From an uncultured Chloroflexia bacterium (GTDB taxonomy: Bacteria; Chloroflexota; Dehalococcoidia; UBA2979), in NCBI GenBank assembly GCA_963728205.1, contig CAVSIV010000006.1, positions 1,808,145 through 1,872,144 of the forward strand: DNA of 64,000 nucleotides, written 5' to 3'. Below, one piece after another: positions 20,461 through 31,425 of the stretch. The position numbers and the translations under genes are program-made. The notes below the pieces were generated by a model that was not told the DNA's origin, did no database searches, and saw only the letters and a list, made by a program, of their open reading frames with translations. The first letter of the stretch is position 1. Every line of letters starts with the position of its first letter.

Positions 20461-21675
20461 GTGCTGACCTGCGCCCGGGCGCTGGTGGGCGTGCTGCTGG
20501 CCACCCTCGCTACCCTGTCGCTCCTGCCGGGTCGGGCCACGGCGTCCCCCGCGACGACGGGCGTGTCGTCACCCGCGTCGGTCACCATGGCCGGACGCGA
20601 GCCACCCGACGTCGTCGGTCTCGGCCTCTCGGCCGCCCAGGACCTCATCGCGGAGCAGTGGTACCCGAACCAGCGCTATGCCCTGGTCGTGCGGGTCGAG
20701 CCGGAGGTCCCGGACATCGTGCCCCCCGAGGCGACGCTCGTCGTCGACCAGCTGGTGGAGCAGTACCTCGAGGACAGCGACGACGTGCGGCCCTCGGCGA
20801 CGATCGTGCTCACGGTCGGCTCATCAGTGGCCGACCTCATCGGTCGCACAGCCCCGGAGGCCGAGGAGCTCCTCGACTCGCTGGGGTTGATCATCCGACC
20901 TCGCGGTGAGGGTCGGGTGGTTCGACAGTCCGTCGCCCCCGGGGAGCTCGTGCCGTTTCGCACGGTCGTGGCAGTGGATCTCGCCACGGTGCCGGACGAC
21001 ACACGCACGGTCCCCGACCTGATCGGCCTGACAGCCGCCCAGGCACGGGCAGCAGTCGAGGGGGTCGACCTGACGATGCGCGTCGAGGCCGACTCCGGTG
21101 ACGGTGAGCAGACGGTGAGCGCGCAGGACCCACCTCCGCAGACGACGCTGCAGCCGGGGGATGCCGTGAGCGTCACGCTCGTCGGGTCGGGCACTCCCCT
21201 GACGACGACCCTCGTGCCGGATGTCACGGGCCTGGAACCTCAGGTGGTGCGGCAGGTGCTCGACGCGGCAGGTCTGCCCATGAGCATCGACCCGGCCGGA
21301 TCCGTCGACGAGGGAATCTCGTTCCGTCAGGACCCCGAGCCGGGCCAACGAGTGGCGCCGGGAACAGCGGTGACGGTCGCCTTCGCCGTCGTCACCGACG
21401 ACGAACCCGCGGCCTGGCTACCCGTGGCCGGGGTGGCCGCAGTCGTGCTGCTCCTCCTCGCCCTGGTCCTGTGGGCCGTGCCGGCGCTCAGGTCCGCAGG
21501 TCCCCGCCCCGCCCCTCCCACCGAGGCCGCCCCGCCCGAGGTCGTCGTGGAACCGCATCCGGACTCCTCCCCCACGGTGTCCGTGGACTCCACGGCCGCG
21601 GACGAGGACCTCGTCCTGAGAGTCCTGGCCATCCCGGAGGCGGGCAGGTTCCTGCTCGAGGAGGAGCCGCGATGA
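20461..21675 (+). CDS. Secreted/membrane-anchored PASTA-repeat protein
   Basis: Signal peptide; repeated PDVVG/ADLIG/VPDLIG/VPDVTG...V..QxPxxG units; C-terminal TM helix and tail. Confidence 0.8.
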   Translation: MLTCARALVGVLLATLATLSLLPGRATASPATTGVSSPASVTMAGREPPDVVGLGLSAAQDLIAEQWYPNQRYALVVRVEPEVPDIVPPEATLVVDQLVEQYLEDSDDVRPSATIVLTVGSSVADLIGRTAPEAEELLDSLGLIIRPRGEGRVVRQSVAPGELVPFRTVVAVDLATVPDDTRTVPDLIGLTAAQARAAVEGVDLTMRVEADSGDGEQTVSAQDPPPQTTLQPGDAVSVTLVGSGTPLTTTLVPDVTGLEPQVVRQVLDAAGLPMSIDPAGSVDEGISFRQDPEPGQRVAPGTAVTVAFAVVTDDEPAAWLPVAGVAAVVLLLLALVLWAVPALRSAGPRPAPPTEAAPPEVVVEPHPDSSPTVSVDSTAADEDLVLRVLAIPEAGRFLLEEEPR

Positions 21676-22238
21676 TCCTGTTGTCCGGAGCGACGACGGC
21701 ACGTGACCTCCTCTTCGGAGGCCACCGGGCCGAGGAGCCGCCCCTGTCACTCGACCTGGGTGCGGCCCTCGACCAGGTCGACCCCTCGACCCTGGGCAGC
21801 GCGGTCCGGGAGTCCCTCCGGCGGGATGTCTCCGAGGCGGCGCTGGGGTTGCTGGAGCTCGACCTGACCGACGTCCTGGTCGCCGGCTGGACCAAGCACT
21901 CGGCGCTGCGTGCGGCGGGCCGACGGACCAAGGCCGCGCCCGGGACCTTCGAGACCGTCCAGCTCGCGGAGCACCGCATCTCCTGGGAGGCCACCCCCTA
22001 CGTCGACGTCCTCCTCAGCGGGCTCCGGCTCGGCCGGCTGCAGCTCACACTTGGCGTGACGGTGGACGTCACAGGCCTTGCCGCGTCCGTGAGCGCCGGG
22101 CGGCTCGCCGCCCTGGTGGCCGGCGACGCCCTCGTGGAGGTGTCCCTGAGCGCCGGGGAGACTCCGGTCGCCAGCCGCAGCCGGCGCCTCGACGTCCACA
22201 CCGAGCTGGGCCTCGGGGACGGACTCCGGCTCGCCTGA
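21672..22238 (+). CDS. Hypothetical protein translationally coupled to the PASTA gene
   Basis: ATGA overlap and GAGGAG RBS; globular-looking sequence MILLSGATTARDLLFGG... Confidence 0.7.
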   Translation: MILLSGATTARDLLFGGHRAEEPPLSLDLGAALDQVDPSTLGSAVRESLRRDVSEAALGLLELDLTDVLVAGWTKHSALRAAGRRTKAAPGTFETVQLAEHRISWEATPYVDVLLSGLRLGRLQLTLGVTVDVTGLAASVSAGRLAALVAGDALVEVSLSAGETPVASRSRRLDVHTELGLGDGLRLA

Positions 22239-22322
22239 AGGCCGCAGTGAGCCGGGGGTATGGCACCGCGGGGCGCGGGTGGCACGGCGCCAGGCAGCCG
22301 GGCAGGGTGGCAGGCTGTGGGC

Positions 22323-22676
22323 GTGCACCCCATCACCGGCGACGCATTCGACGCCATCGTCGAGGATGCCCTCGACGAGGTACCCGAGGAGCTGATGGCG
22401 ATGCTCGACAACGTCGTCTTCCTCGTGGAGGACGAACCACCGCCGGGCGACCCGGACCTGCTGGGGGTCTACGAGGGCGTGCCCCTCACCGAACGCGGGG
22501 AGTTCGGGGGCGCCGGATCACTGCCGGATGCCATCACGCTGTTCCGGGGCCCGCTCACGAGGATGTGCGGCGACACCGAGGAACTCATCGACGAGATAGC
22601 GGTGACGGTCGTGCACGAAATCGCCCACCACTTCGGGATCGACGACGAGGCGCTGCACCGGCTCGGGTGGGGCTGA
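22323..22676 (+). CDS. Zincin-like metallopeptidase (DUF1025)
   Basis: LLGVYEGVPL, ITLFR and VVHEIAHHFGIDD motifs. Confidence 0.9.
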   Translation: MHPITGDAFDAIVEDALDEVPEELMAMLDNVVFLVEDEPPPGDPDLLGVYEGVPLTERGEFGGAGSLPDAITLFRGPLTRMCGDTEELIDEIAVTVVHEIAHHFGIDDEALHRLGWG

Positions 22677-22685
22677 GCTCGACGC

Positions 22686-23099
22686 TCAGAGCGCGTTCTG
22701 GCCCTTCCAGTACTCGAAGGTCCAGCCGACGAGGGCCGGGACGGCGAAGAACGCCCCGATGATGAAGAGCCACCAGCCGACCGCGAGCCCCAGGAAGCAG
22801 ATCGCCGCCGAGGCCGCGAGGAACAGCGGCCACCAGCTGTGCGGGCTGAAGAAGCCGTAGTCACCCTGGATCTCGTCGATGTCACCGAGCGGGTCGTCCG
22901 ACGGGTCGGCCTCCAGCCGGCGCCGCGTCATCCAGAGGTACCACGCGATCATGAAGCCGAGCAGTCCGCCCAGAGCCAACCCGATCACACCGACCCACTC
23001 GACACCGATCTCCGTCGAGCTGGTCCAGAAGCCGTAGATCGTGGCCATGAGGAAGGCGAAGACCCCGATGAGGCTCCCGATGCGTTCCATCGCCCTCAT
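22686..23099 (-). CDS. ctaF: Cytochrome c oxidase subunit 4
   Basis: 'GFFSPHSWWP' and C-terminal 'FEYW'; directly downstream of ctaD. Confidence 0.9.
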   Translation of the reverse strand: MRAMERIGSLIGVFAFLMATIYGFWTSSTEIGVEWVGVIGLALGGLLGFMIAWYLWMTRRRLEADPSDDPLGDIDEIQGDYGFFSPHSWWPLFLAASAAICFLGLAVGWWLFIIGAFFAVPALVGWTFEYWKGQNAL

Positions 23100-23102
23100 C
23101 GG

Positions 23103-24869
23103 TCAGTTCTCCTTGTGGTCGTCGACGAAACCCTTGTCGTGCAGGTCTGCCGGCCCGAGCGCCGACACCAGCCTGTCATCCTCGACCATGCGCGCGTCAT
23201 GCACGCCGGCCGGCGCCGCCTCCGGGTGGTGCAGGTCGAAGGCCGGTCGTTCGGAGCGGATCCGGGGGATGCTGTCGAAGTTGTGCCGCGGGGGCGGGCA
23301 CGAGGTGGCCCACTCCAAGGATGCGCCGTACCCCCAGGGGTCGTCGGTCTCGACGAGCGGAGCGTTCTTCCAGGTGTTCCAGACGTTGTAGAAGAACGGC
23401 AGCATCGACAGGCCGAGGAGGAACGCGCCCGCCGTGGAGATCTGGTTGCCGAGGGCGAAGCCGTCCTCCGGCAGGTAGTCGGCGTACCGGCGCGGCATCC
23501 CCTGGATCCCCAGGAGGTGCTGGACGAAGAAGGTCACGTGGAACCCGATGAACAGCATCCAGAAGTGCACCTTGCCGAGCCGCTCGTCGAGCATCCGCCC
23601 GGTGAGCTTGGGCCACCAGAAGTAGAACCCCGCGAACATCGCGAACACCACGGTACCGAACACGACGTAGTGGAAGTGGGCGACGACGAAGTAGCTGTCG
23701 GACAGCTGGAAGTCCAGCGCGGGGCTGGCGAGGATGACCCCGGTCAACCCGCCGAAGAGGAAGGTGACGAGGAAGCCCAGCGCCCAGAGCATGGGCGTCG
23801 AGAAGTCGAGCTTCCCGCCCCACATCGTGCCGATCCAATTGAAGAACTTCACCCCTGTCGGCACCGCGATCAACATCGTCATGATCGCGAAGAACGGCAG
23901 CAGCACCTGACCGGTGACGTACATGTGGTGCGCCCAGACCGACACCGAGAGCGCGGCGATCGCGATCGTCGCGTAGACGAGGGTCTTGTAGCCGAAGATC
24001 GGCTTGCGGGAGAACACCGGCAGGACCTCGGAGATGATCCCGAAGAACGGCAGGGCGATGACATAGACCTCCGGATGCCCGAAGAACCAGAAGATGTGCT
24101 GCCAGAGGATGGCGCCCCCACTGGCGGGGTCGAACACGTGCGCTCCGAAGCGGCGGTCCGCGCCGAGGGCGAACAGGGCCGCGGCCAGGGCCGGGAAGAT
24201 GAGCAGCACGAGGATCGAGGTGACCAGCACCGTCCAGACGAAGATCGGCATCCGGAACATCGTCATGCCGGGCGCGCGCATGGTGAGGATGGTCGTGATG
24301 AAGTTGACGCCACCGAGGATGGTGCCGAAGCCGGCGAGGGCGAGGCCGAAGACCCACAGGTCACCGCCCAGCCCCGGGCTGTAGGAGCTGTCCGAGAGCG
24401 GTGCGTAGGCGAACCAGCCGAAGGCCGCGGCGCCGCCTGGGGTGAGGAAGCCGGCACCCGCGATGGCACCACCGAACACGTAGAGCCAGTACGCGAACAT
24501 GTTCAGGCGCGGGAAGGCGACGTCGGGGGCACCGATCTGCAGCGGCATCAGCGCGTTGGCGAAACCGGCGAACAGCGGTGTCGCGAAGAGCAGCAGCATG
24601 ATCGTGCCGTGCATGGTGAAGAGCTGGTTGTACTGGTCGGGGTTGTCGACCACCTGCAGGCCCGGGGAGGCGAGCTCGGCCCTGATGATCAGCGCCATGA
24701 CGCCGCCGAGGAGGAACCAGATGAACGAGGTGATGAAGTAGAGGTTGCCGATGACCTTGTGGTCGGTCGTCGTCACCCACTTCACGACGGTGGCGCCAGG
24801 AGCCAGGCGCTTGGTGCGCGCGGGCGCGGACGCCGTCCGCAGCATCGTCGTCTCAGTAGCTGCACTCAT
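23103..24869 (-). CDS. ctaD: Cytochrome c oxidase subunit I
   Basis: [30 protein letters not shown] and GMPRR motifs. Confidence 0.97.
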   Translation of the reverse strand: MSAATETTMLRTASAPARTKRLAPGATVVKWVTTTDHKVIGNLYFITSFIWFLLGGVMALIIRAELASPGLQVVDNPDQYNQLFTMHGTIMLLLFATPLFAGFANALMPLQIGAPDVAFPRLNMFAYWLYVFGGAIAGAGFLTPGGAAAFGWFAYAPLSDSSYSPGLGGDLWVFGLALAGFGTILGGVNFITTILTMRAPGMTMFRMPIFVWTVLVTSILVLLIFPALAAALFALGADRRFGAHVFDPASGGAILWQHIFWFFGHPEVYVIALPFFGIISEVLPVFSRKPIFGYKTLVYATIAIAALSVSVWAHHMYVTGQVLLPFFAIMTMLIAVPTGVKFFNWIGTMWGGKLDFSTPMLWALGFLVTFLFGGLTGVILASPALDFQLSDSYFVVAHFHYVVFGTVVFAMFAGFYFWWPKLTGRMLDERLGKVHFWMLFIGFHVTFFVQHLLGIQGMPRRYADYLPEDGFALGNQISTAGAFLLGLSMLPFFYNVWNTWKNAPLVETDDPWGYGASLEWATSCPPPRHNFDSIPRIRSERPAFDLHHPEAAPAGVHDARMVEDDRLVSALGPADLHDKGFVDDHKEN

Positions 24870-24871
24870 CG

Positions 24872-25765
24872 TCAGTTCCCTCCGTCGGTGCTGACGGTCT
24901 GCCCGTCCATCAGCTCTGACCTGTTCAGCGAGTTGTCGAGCATCCCGGTCTGACCGTTGGCCCGCAGGAGGTCGATGTGCGCGTCGTACTCCGCACGGTC
25001 GACGACCTTGACGTTGAACAGCATCTGCGAGTGGTACGCGCCGCACAGCTCGGCGCACTTGCCCTTGAAGGTGCCCACCTGGGTCGGCACGACCTGGAAG
25101 GAGTTGACCCGCCCGGGGATCATGTCCATCTTCTGCAGGAACGCCGGCACCCAGAACGAGTGGATGACGTCACGCGTGGTGAGGACGAACTCGACCCGTT
25201 CGTCGACCGGCAGGTACAGGGTGGGGATGGTCTCCTCGGCCCCGGGCTTGCCGGTGAGGATGGCCTGGGTGCCCACCTCGTGGACGTCGTCCTCGAGGTA
25301 GTTGAAGTCCCAGCTCCACTGCTTGCCGACGACGTTGATCGTGACGTCGGCGGGGGTCGAGGTGTCGACCAGCGCCGACTCGTCGCGCGCGGTGTAGTAG
25401 AAGAACACGACGACCATGAAGATCGGGACCACGGTGTAGAGGATCTCGATCGGGATGTTGTAGCGCAGCTGCACGGGGAGCTCGGTGTCGTCCTTGTGGC
25501 GCCGGTAGGCGACGACGCACCACCCGATCAGGCCGATGACGAGCAGGCCGACGAGGATGAGGGTGATCCAGGCACCGATCCACAGCGACGTGACGCGCTC
25601 GCCCCCCTCGGTCACCGCCGGAGGCAGCCACCCGGTCGACGCGTTGCCCCGGAGCTCACCGCTGGCGCACCCACCGAGGGCGGTCACGGACAGGGTGCCG
25701 AGCACGGCAGCCACCGCGAGGCGGCGCCCCGGTCGACGGGGCGATGAGAGGTCGAACTGGCGCAC
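24872..25765 (-). CDS. ctaC: Cytochrome c oxidase subunit II
   Basis: Lipobox LGGC, KQWSW, DVIHSFW and CuA motif [12 protein letters not shown]. Confidence 0.95.
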   Translation of the reverse strand: MRQFDLSSPRRPGRRLAVAAVLGTLSVTALGGCASGELRGNASTGWLPPAVTEGGERVTSLWIGAWITLILVGLLVIGLIGWCVVAYRRHKDDTELPVQLRYNIPIEILYTVVPIFMVVVFFYYTARDESALVDTSTPADVTINVVGKQWSWDFNYLEDDVHEVGTQAILTGKPGAEETIPTLYLPVDERVEFVLTTRDVIHSFWVPAFLQKMDMIPGRVNSFQVVPTQVGTFKGKCAELCGAYHSQMLFNVKVVDRAEYDAHIDLLRANGQTGMLDNSLNRSELMDGQTVSTDGGN

Positions 25766-25859
25766 CGCTGCACCCTTCGTCAGCAGGAGGACATCGAACG
25801 GGGAAACCCTACTGCACCACCCCCGTCGCCGGCATGCAGGGGGGACTACCGTCGGGGGC

Positions 25860-27022
25860 GTGGCGAGCACCCTGTCGAACCCTGACGACCGGCCCTCCCC
25901 CGGTTTGCTCGACGGCTCCAGACGCCCCTGTGCACCCGCTCGCCGCGGCGACCCTGCGGGCCGCCCTCGTCCCGGCCGCCGCGGACCCGACGAGCCGGCA
26001 CGCCGAGGGACGCCGGTCCGGGGCGTTCCTCGACACCGCCCGCGAGGTGCTGGCCGGGGCCGTGGGGGTGCGCCCCGAGGAGCTCTCCGTGCATCCCAGC
26101 GCCCAGGCCGCCCTCGAGCTCGGGCTGACGGGCCTGCGACACGCGAGGCGCCGGGTGGGCGAGCGGGTGGTTCTGGGGGCGACGGAGCGCTCGGTGCTCC
26201 TCGTACAGCCGGGCACCGAGCCCACGGTCCCCACGGACCGGCACGGCCGCGTCGACGTCCGCGCGTACGACGGAGCGCTGGCGGGTGCGGACGTCGCCGC
26301 CGCGGTGCTCCAGAGCGCGAACGCGCGAGGTCGGCACGAGGCAGCCCGTCCGGGAGGTGGACGAGCTCGCCCGGCACCAGGGCGTGCCGCTGCTCCTCGA
26401 CGCCACCGCCTCGCTCGGCCGTGAGGACGTCCCGCGCGCCGGCGCGGTGGTCGTGGCGGATGCCGCCTCGTTCGGTGGTCCTCCGCTGGGGCTCCTGGGT
26501 GTGCGGGCGGGCACCCGCTGGGCGCTGCCCGGCCCCCGCCGGGGGGCCGAGATGGGTCGAGAGGTCGCGCCGCCGTGGGTGCCCCTCGTCCTCGCCGCCG
26601 CCGAGGCCTGGCGACAGAGCGCCGCGACCCGGGCGGAGGAGGAGCGCAGCGCGCGCCTCCTCGTCGACCGCATCCGCCGGGCGGCGTCGGGGGTGAGGGA
26701 CGTCGAGGTGGTCGGGGACCCCGTCGACCGGCTCCCGCACGTGGTGACCTTCAGCGTCCTCTACGCGGACGGCGAGGTCCTCGTCGACGAGCTGGGCCGG
26801 CGCGGCCTCTCCGTCGCCTCGGGGTCGGCCTGCACGTCGAGCACGCTTCGTCCCAGCCACGTCCTGGCAGCCATGGGCGTGCTGACCCACGGCAACGTCC
26901 GCGTGACCCTGCCCCTCGCAGCCGTCTCACCGGACCGGGCCGAGGGGGTCGAGCGACTCTGCCAGGAACTCCCAGACGCGGTCGCCACCGTGCGGCGCCG
27001 TCTGGGCACGGAGCACCTGTGA
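25860..27022 (+). CDS. Cysteine desulfurase-like aminotransferase class V with degenerate PLP site (frameshifts)
   Basis: ADPTSRH, N.EVGTRQP, LDA and SGSACTS...PSHVL.AMG. The SAHK motif is replaced by DAAS. Confidence 0.8.
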
Positions 27023-27303
27023 GCACCGAGGAGCCCGCGCCCGGCCCGGAGCCGATCGTCGACGCCAGGGGGACCCGCTGCCCGGAACCGGTGATCCGCG
27101 TCGCGCGGGCGAGCAGGGAGCTTCCGCGGGGCTCGGTGGTGGTGCTGCTCGCCGACGACGTGGCGGCCCGCGCCGACGTCCCGGCGTGGGCCCGGCTGAA
27201 GGGGCACACGGTGAGCCTTCGGGACGACGACGGCTGGACGGCATACCGGGTGGTCCTCGGGGGCGCGGCCCGGGCCGACCCTCACGACGAGAGGTCCACC
27301 TGA
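27019..27303 (+). CDS. tusA: TusA/SirA-family sulfur carrier
   Basis: VDARGTRCPEPV and LADD.AA..DVPAW; GTGA overlap with the upstream gene. Confidence 0.88.
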   Translation: MSTEEPAPGPEPIVDARGTRCPEPVIRVARASRELPRGSVVVLLADDVAARADVPAWARLKGHTVSLRDDDGWTAYRVVLGGAARADPHDERST

Positions 27304-27962
27304 GGGGCTGTCAGGGCGGACTCGAGCCGCTCGAGGTACACCTCGCGCGGCCACTCCCGCGCGCCGAGCCGGCGCAGGTGGTCGGTGGCCCACTGCACGT
27401 CGATGAGCCGCCGCGGGTCACCGTCGGCGTGCACCCGGTCGACCAGGGCGACCAGCGCCACCTTCGAGGCGTCCCGCACCGAGTGGAACATCGACTCTCC
27501 CGCGAAGAGCCCGCCGATCGAGACCCCGTAGAGCCCACCGACGAGGTCCTCGCCCTGCCAGGTCTCGATGCTGTGGGCCCAGCCGAGCGCGTGCAGCCGA
27601 CCGTAGGCCGTGGCCATCTCGGGCGTGATCCAGCGGCCCGACCGGGACGGGTCGGCGCAGCGCCGGACCACCTCGTCGAACGCCGTGTCGACGCGGAGGT
27701 CGAAGTGCGCGACCGCCTTGCGCAGCGACCGCCGCACGGTGAGACCACCCGGGGGGATCACGCCTCGGGGGTCCGGCGACCACCAGCCGGTGGCCCCGCT
27801 CCCGTGCCGCCCCAGCCCCATCGGGAAGAGCCCGACCCGGTAGGCAGCCAGCAGGGTACCCGGGTCGAGGTCCGCCCCGGCCGCGACGAGGTCCTCCCCC
27901 GGCTCGGCCCGGGCCGCGTCGAGCGACCACGGGGTCGCGGGTGGCTCGACCGGGGGGAACAC
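27282..27962 (-). CDS. aat: Leucyl/phenylalanyl-tRNA-protein transferase
   Basis: AYR.GLFPM, WWSPDPR, AHSIE, GGLYG and FAGESMF..DASK motifs. Confidence 0.93.
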   Translation of the reverse strand: MFPPVEPPATPWSLDAARAEPGEDLVAAGADLDPGTLLAAYRVGLFPMGLGRHGSGATGWWSPDPRGVIPPGGLTVRRSLRKAVAHFDLRVDTAFDEVVRRCADPSRSGRWITPEMATAYGRLHALGWAHSIETWQGEDLVGGLYGVSIGGLFAGESMFHSVRDASKVALVALVDRVHADGDPRRLIDVQWATDHLRRLGAREWPREVYLERLESALTAPQVDLSS

Positions 27963-27978
27963 GCTGAGCCCGCGGCGG

Positions 27979-28973
<995 letters not shown>

Positions 28974-29033
28974 CTACCCGCAGCCCAGCGCGTCGGCGGC
29001 CCCGGACGCGGCGCGGGGTCGGGCCGCCGGGGC

Positions 29034-29412
29034 TCAGCTGAAGCTGTCACCGCAGGCGCAGGAACTTCCGGCGTTGGGGTTGTCGATCGTGAAGCCCTGC
29101 TTCTCGATGGTGTCCGCGAAGTCGATGGTGGCGCCGTCGAGGTACGGGGCGCTCATCCGGTCGATGACGACCCCGACGCCCGAGAAGTCCGCGACGAGGT
29201 CACCGTCGAGGCTGCGCTCGTCGAAGTAGAGCTGGTAGATCAGGCCGGAGCAGCCGCCGGGCTGGACCCCGACGCGCAGGCGCAGGTCGTCGCGACCCTC
29301 CTGGGCGAGCAGGGACTTGACCTTCTCGGCGGCGACGTCGGTGAGGACGACGCCGTGGGCAGCGCCCTGCGCCTCGGCGGGTGGCGTCGGTGGTCTGGAG
29401 CTGGTCGCTCAT
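29034..29412 (-). CDS. erpA: HesB/IscA/ErpA iron-sulfur insertion protein (frameshift)
   Basis: Manual translation gives LRVGVQPGGCSG...IDNPNAGSSCACGDSFS. Confidence 0.9.
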
Positions 29413-29501
29413 GGGTGCACTCCTCATGCTGGCGGTGGCCTCGATGCGGTCGGTCGAACGGGACAACCCCGCAGGGGGGCGCTGTTGTTCCCCGGACTCG
29501 T

Positions 29502-30688
29502 TCAGGATACGCCGCCGGGATCGATGAGGCGGGGTGACCAGGTGCGGGCCACGCGGGCCGTACGGGCGGCGAGCGACCCGACCGGGTCCGCCACCATGGC
29601 CTCGATCTCGGCAGGGCGCTCGGCGACCGCGTAGCACGCTGCCAGGCCCAGGCTCATGGTCTCTCGACGTCCGACGAGGCACTCGCCCGGCCACCGCAAC
29701 GGTGGGGCGCCCGGTCTGCGCCGCCGCCTCGGCGACCCCCGCGACCACCGAGCCCCGCAGGGTCGACCAGTCGAGCAGCGCGGTGCCGGTGACGACGACG
29801 TCGCTGCGCGCCGCTGCCACCCCGAAGCCGCACGCGCCGCAGGACGGCACTCACTGCGCCGACGCGACGAGCCCCGAGGGAGAGCAGGGCGTAGCCGAGC
29901 CCGCCCGCCGCGCCTGCACCGAGCTCGCGGTCCAGCCGCGCCGGTCGACCCGTGAGCAGGTCCAGCGGGGGGGGGAGGGCGCGCCCGAGGACGTCGGTGA
30001 ACCGGCCGAGAGCCGCCTCGAGCGCCTGGGCCTGCTCCGGGGTCGCGCCCTTGCGGGGGACTCGACGGCACTCGTGCCCTGCAGGCCCAGGAGGGGGGTG
30101 TCCTCGTCGGTGGCGAGCACGAGGTCCACCCCCGACAGTCGGTCGATCACCCCGGGGAGGCCGAGGAGCACGTCGTCGGGCAGGTCGGCCAGCGCCGCCC
30201 CACCGCGGGCGAGCGCCGAGGCGGGCCCGGCGCCGAGGGCCGCCAGCAGTCCCGGCCCCCCCGTCGTTGGTGCTGCCGCCGCCGGCGCCGATGACGACCC
30301 GTGTCGCGCCTTCGCCGACCGCGGTCTCCAGGAGCTGGCCCACTCCCCAGGTGCTGGTCAGGCCGGGGTTGCGCTCGTCGGCGCCGAGGAGGTGCAGCCC
30401 ACTGGCCTGGGCGGCCTCGACGTATGCCGTGCGCCTGCCCTCCTCCTCGACGACGAGCACGGCCGCGGGCACGTCACGGCCGAGGGGGTCGCTGACGACC
30501 GCCGCGACCATCACCCCGCCCAGGGCCCGCTGGAGCACGTCGAGGAACCCCGGGCCACCGTCGGAGAGGGGCAGGGCCTCGATGTCGTCGTGCGGGGCGG
30601 AGCCGGCCCAGCCGTCGGCCATCGCCGCGGCCGCCTGGGTGGCGCCGAGGGTGGAACCGAAGGAGTCCGGAGCGAGGAGCACACGCAC
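29502..30688 (-). CDS. Glycerate kinase (frameshifts)
   Basis: VLLAPDSFG, PLSDGGPG, GSTNDGGAG and GAGAAGGLG motifs. Confidence 0.85.
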
Positions 30689-30744
30689 CTCGCGAGGGTA
30701 TCGGCCGGGACGGTCGGGATCACCCCGGCCCACCGGAGGGCGGG

Positions 30745-30766
30745 TGTCGGCGGGCCTCACTACCGT
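30745..30766 (+). promoter_or_regulatory. PafBC-dependent (RecA-NDp) promoter
   Basis: TGTCGG-cgggcctcac-TACCGT directly upstream of the DinB-family gene. Confidence 0.78.
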
Positions 30767-30798
30767 GGCGGATGACCGAGACACGGAGGAGACCAGCC

Positions 30799-31353
30799 AT
30801 GGCGAACGACGACGAGAACCCGGCACCGAGCCCCGCCGGTGACGGCGGCGAGCGGACCGGTCACGAGGGTGAGCGGGCCGACCTGCTCGATGCGCTGCGC
30901 ACCCAGCGGTACCTGTTCCTGCACACCGTCGACGGGCTCACCGAGGAGCAGGCCCGGCAGCGCCCCACCGTGAGCGCCCTGAGTCTCGGCGGGCTGGTGA
31001 AGCACGTCACCGCGATGGAGAGCCAGTGGTGCGACTTCGTCGAGCAGGGGCCGGCAGCCATGCAGGCCGAAGAGGCCCAGGACTGGCTCGGTGGCTTCCA
31101 GATGACCCCCGAGGACACTCTCGATGCCGTCACCGAGCGCTTCCACCAGGCTGCCGACCGCACGGACGCCCTCGTCGAGAGCCTCCCGGACCTCGGCGCC
31201 TCCCAGCCGCTGCCGGAGGCACCGTGGTTCGCACCCGGATCGACCCGGTCGGCGCGGAGGGTCTTCACCCACCTCGTGGCCGAGATCGCCCAGCACGCGG
31301 GCCACGCCGACATCCTGCGCGAGAGCATCGACGGCCAGCAGACGATGGCCTGA
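30799..31353 (+). CDS. DinB family protein (DUF664)
   Basis: 'SLGGLVKH...E..W' and 'H..AEIAQHAGHADILRESIDG'; GGAGGAG RBS. Confidence 0.9.
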   Translation: MANDDENPAPSPAGDGGERTGHEGERADLLDALRTQRYLFLHTVDGLTEEQARQRPTVSALSLGGLVKHVTAMESQWCDFVEQGPAAMQAEEAQDWLGGFQMTPEDTLDAVTERFHQAADRTDALVESLPDLGASQPLPEAPWFAPGSTRSARRVFTHLVAEIAQHAGHADILRESIDGQQTMA

Positions 31354-31425
31354 CCACCCCGGCCCCGGGGGGCCACCTCGCCCGCCAGGCCCGGGAGAGC
31401 CGGTCACACGGCATACGATCAGTGG

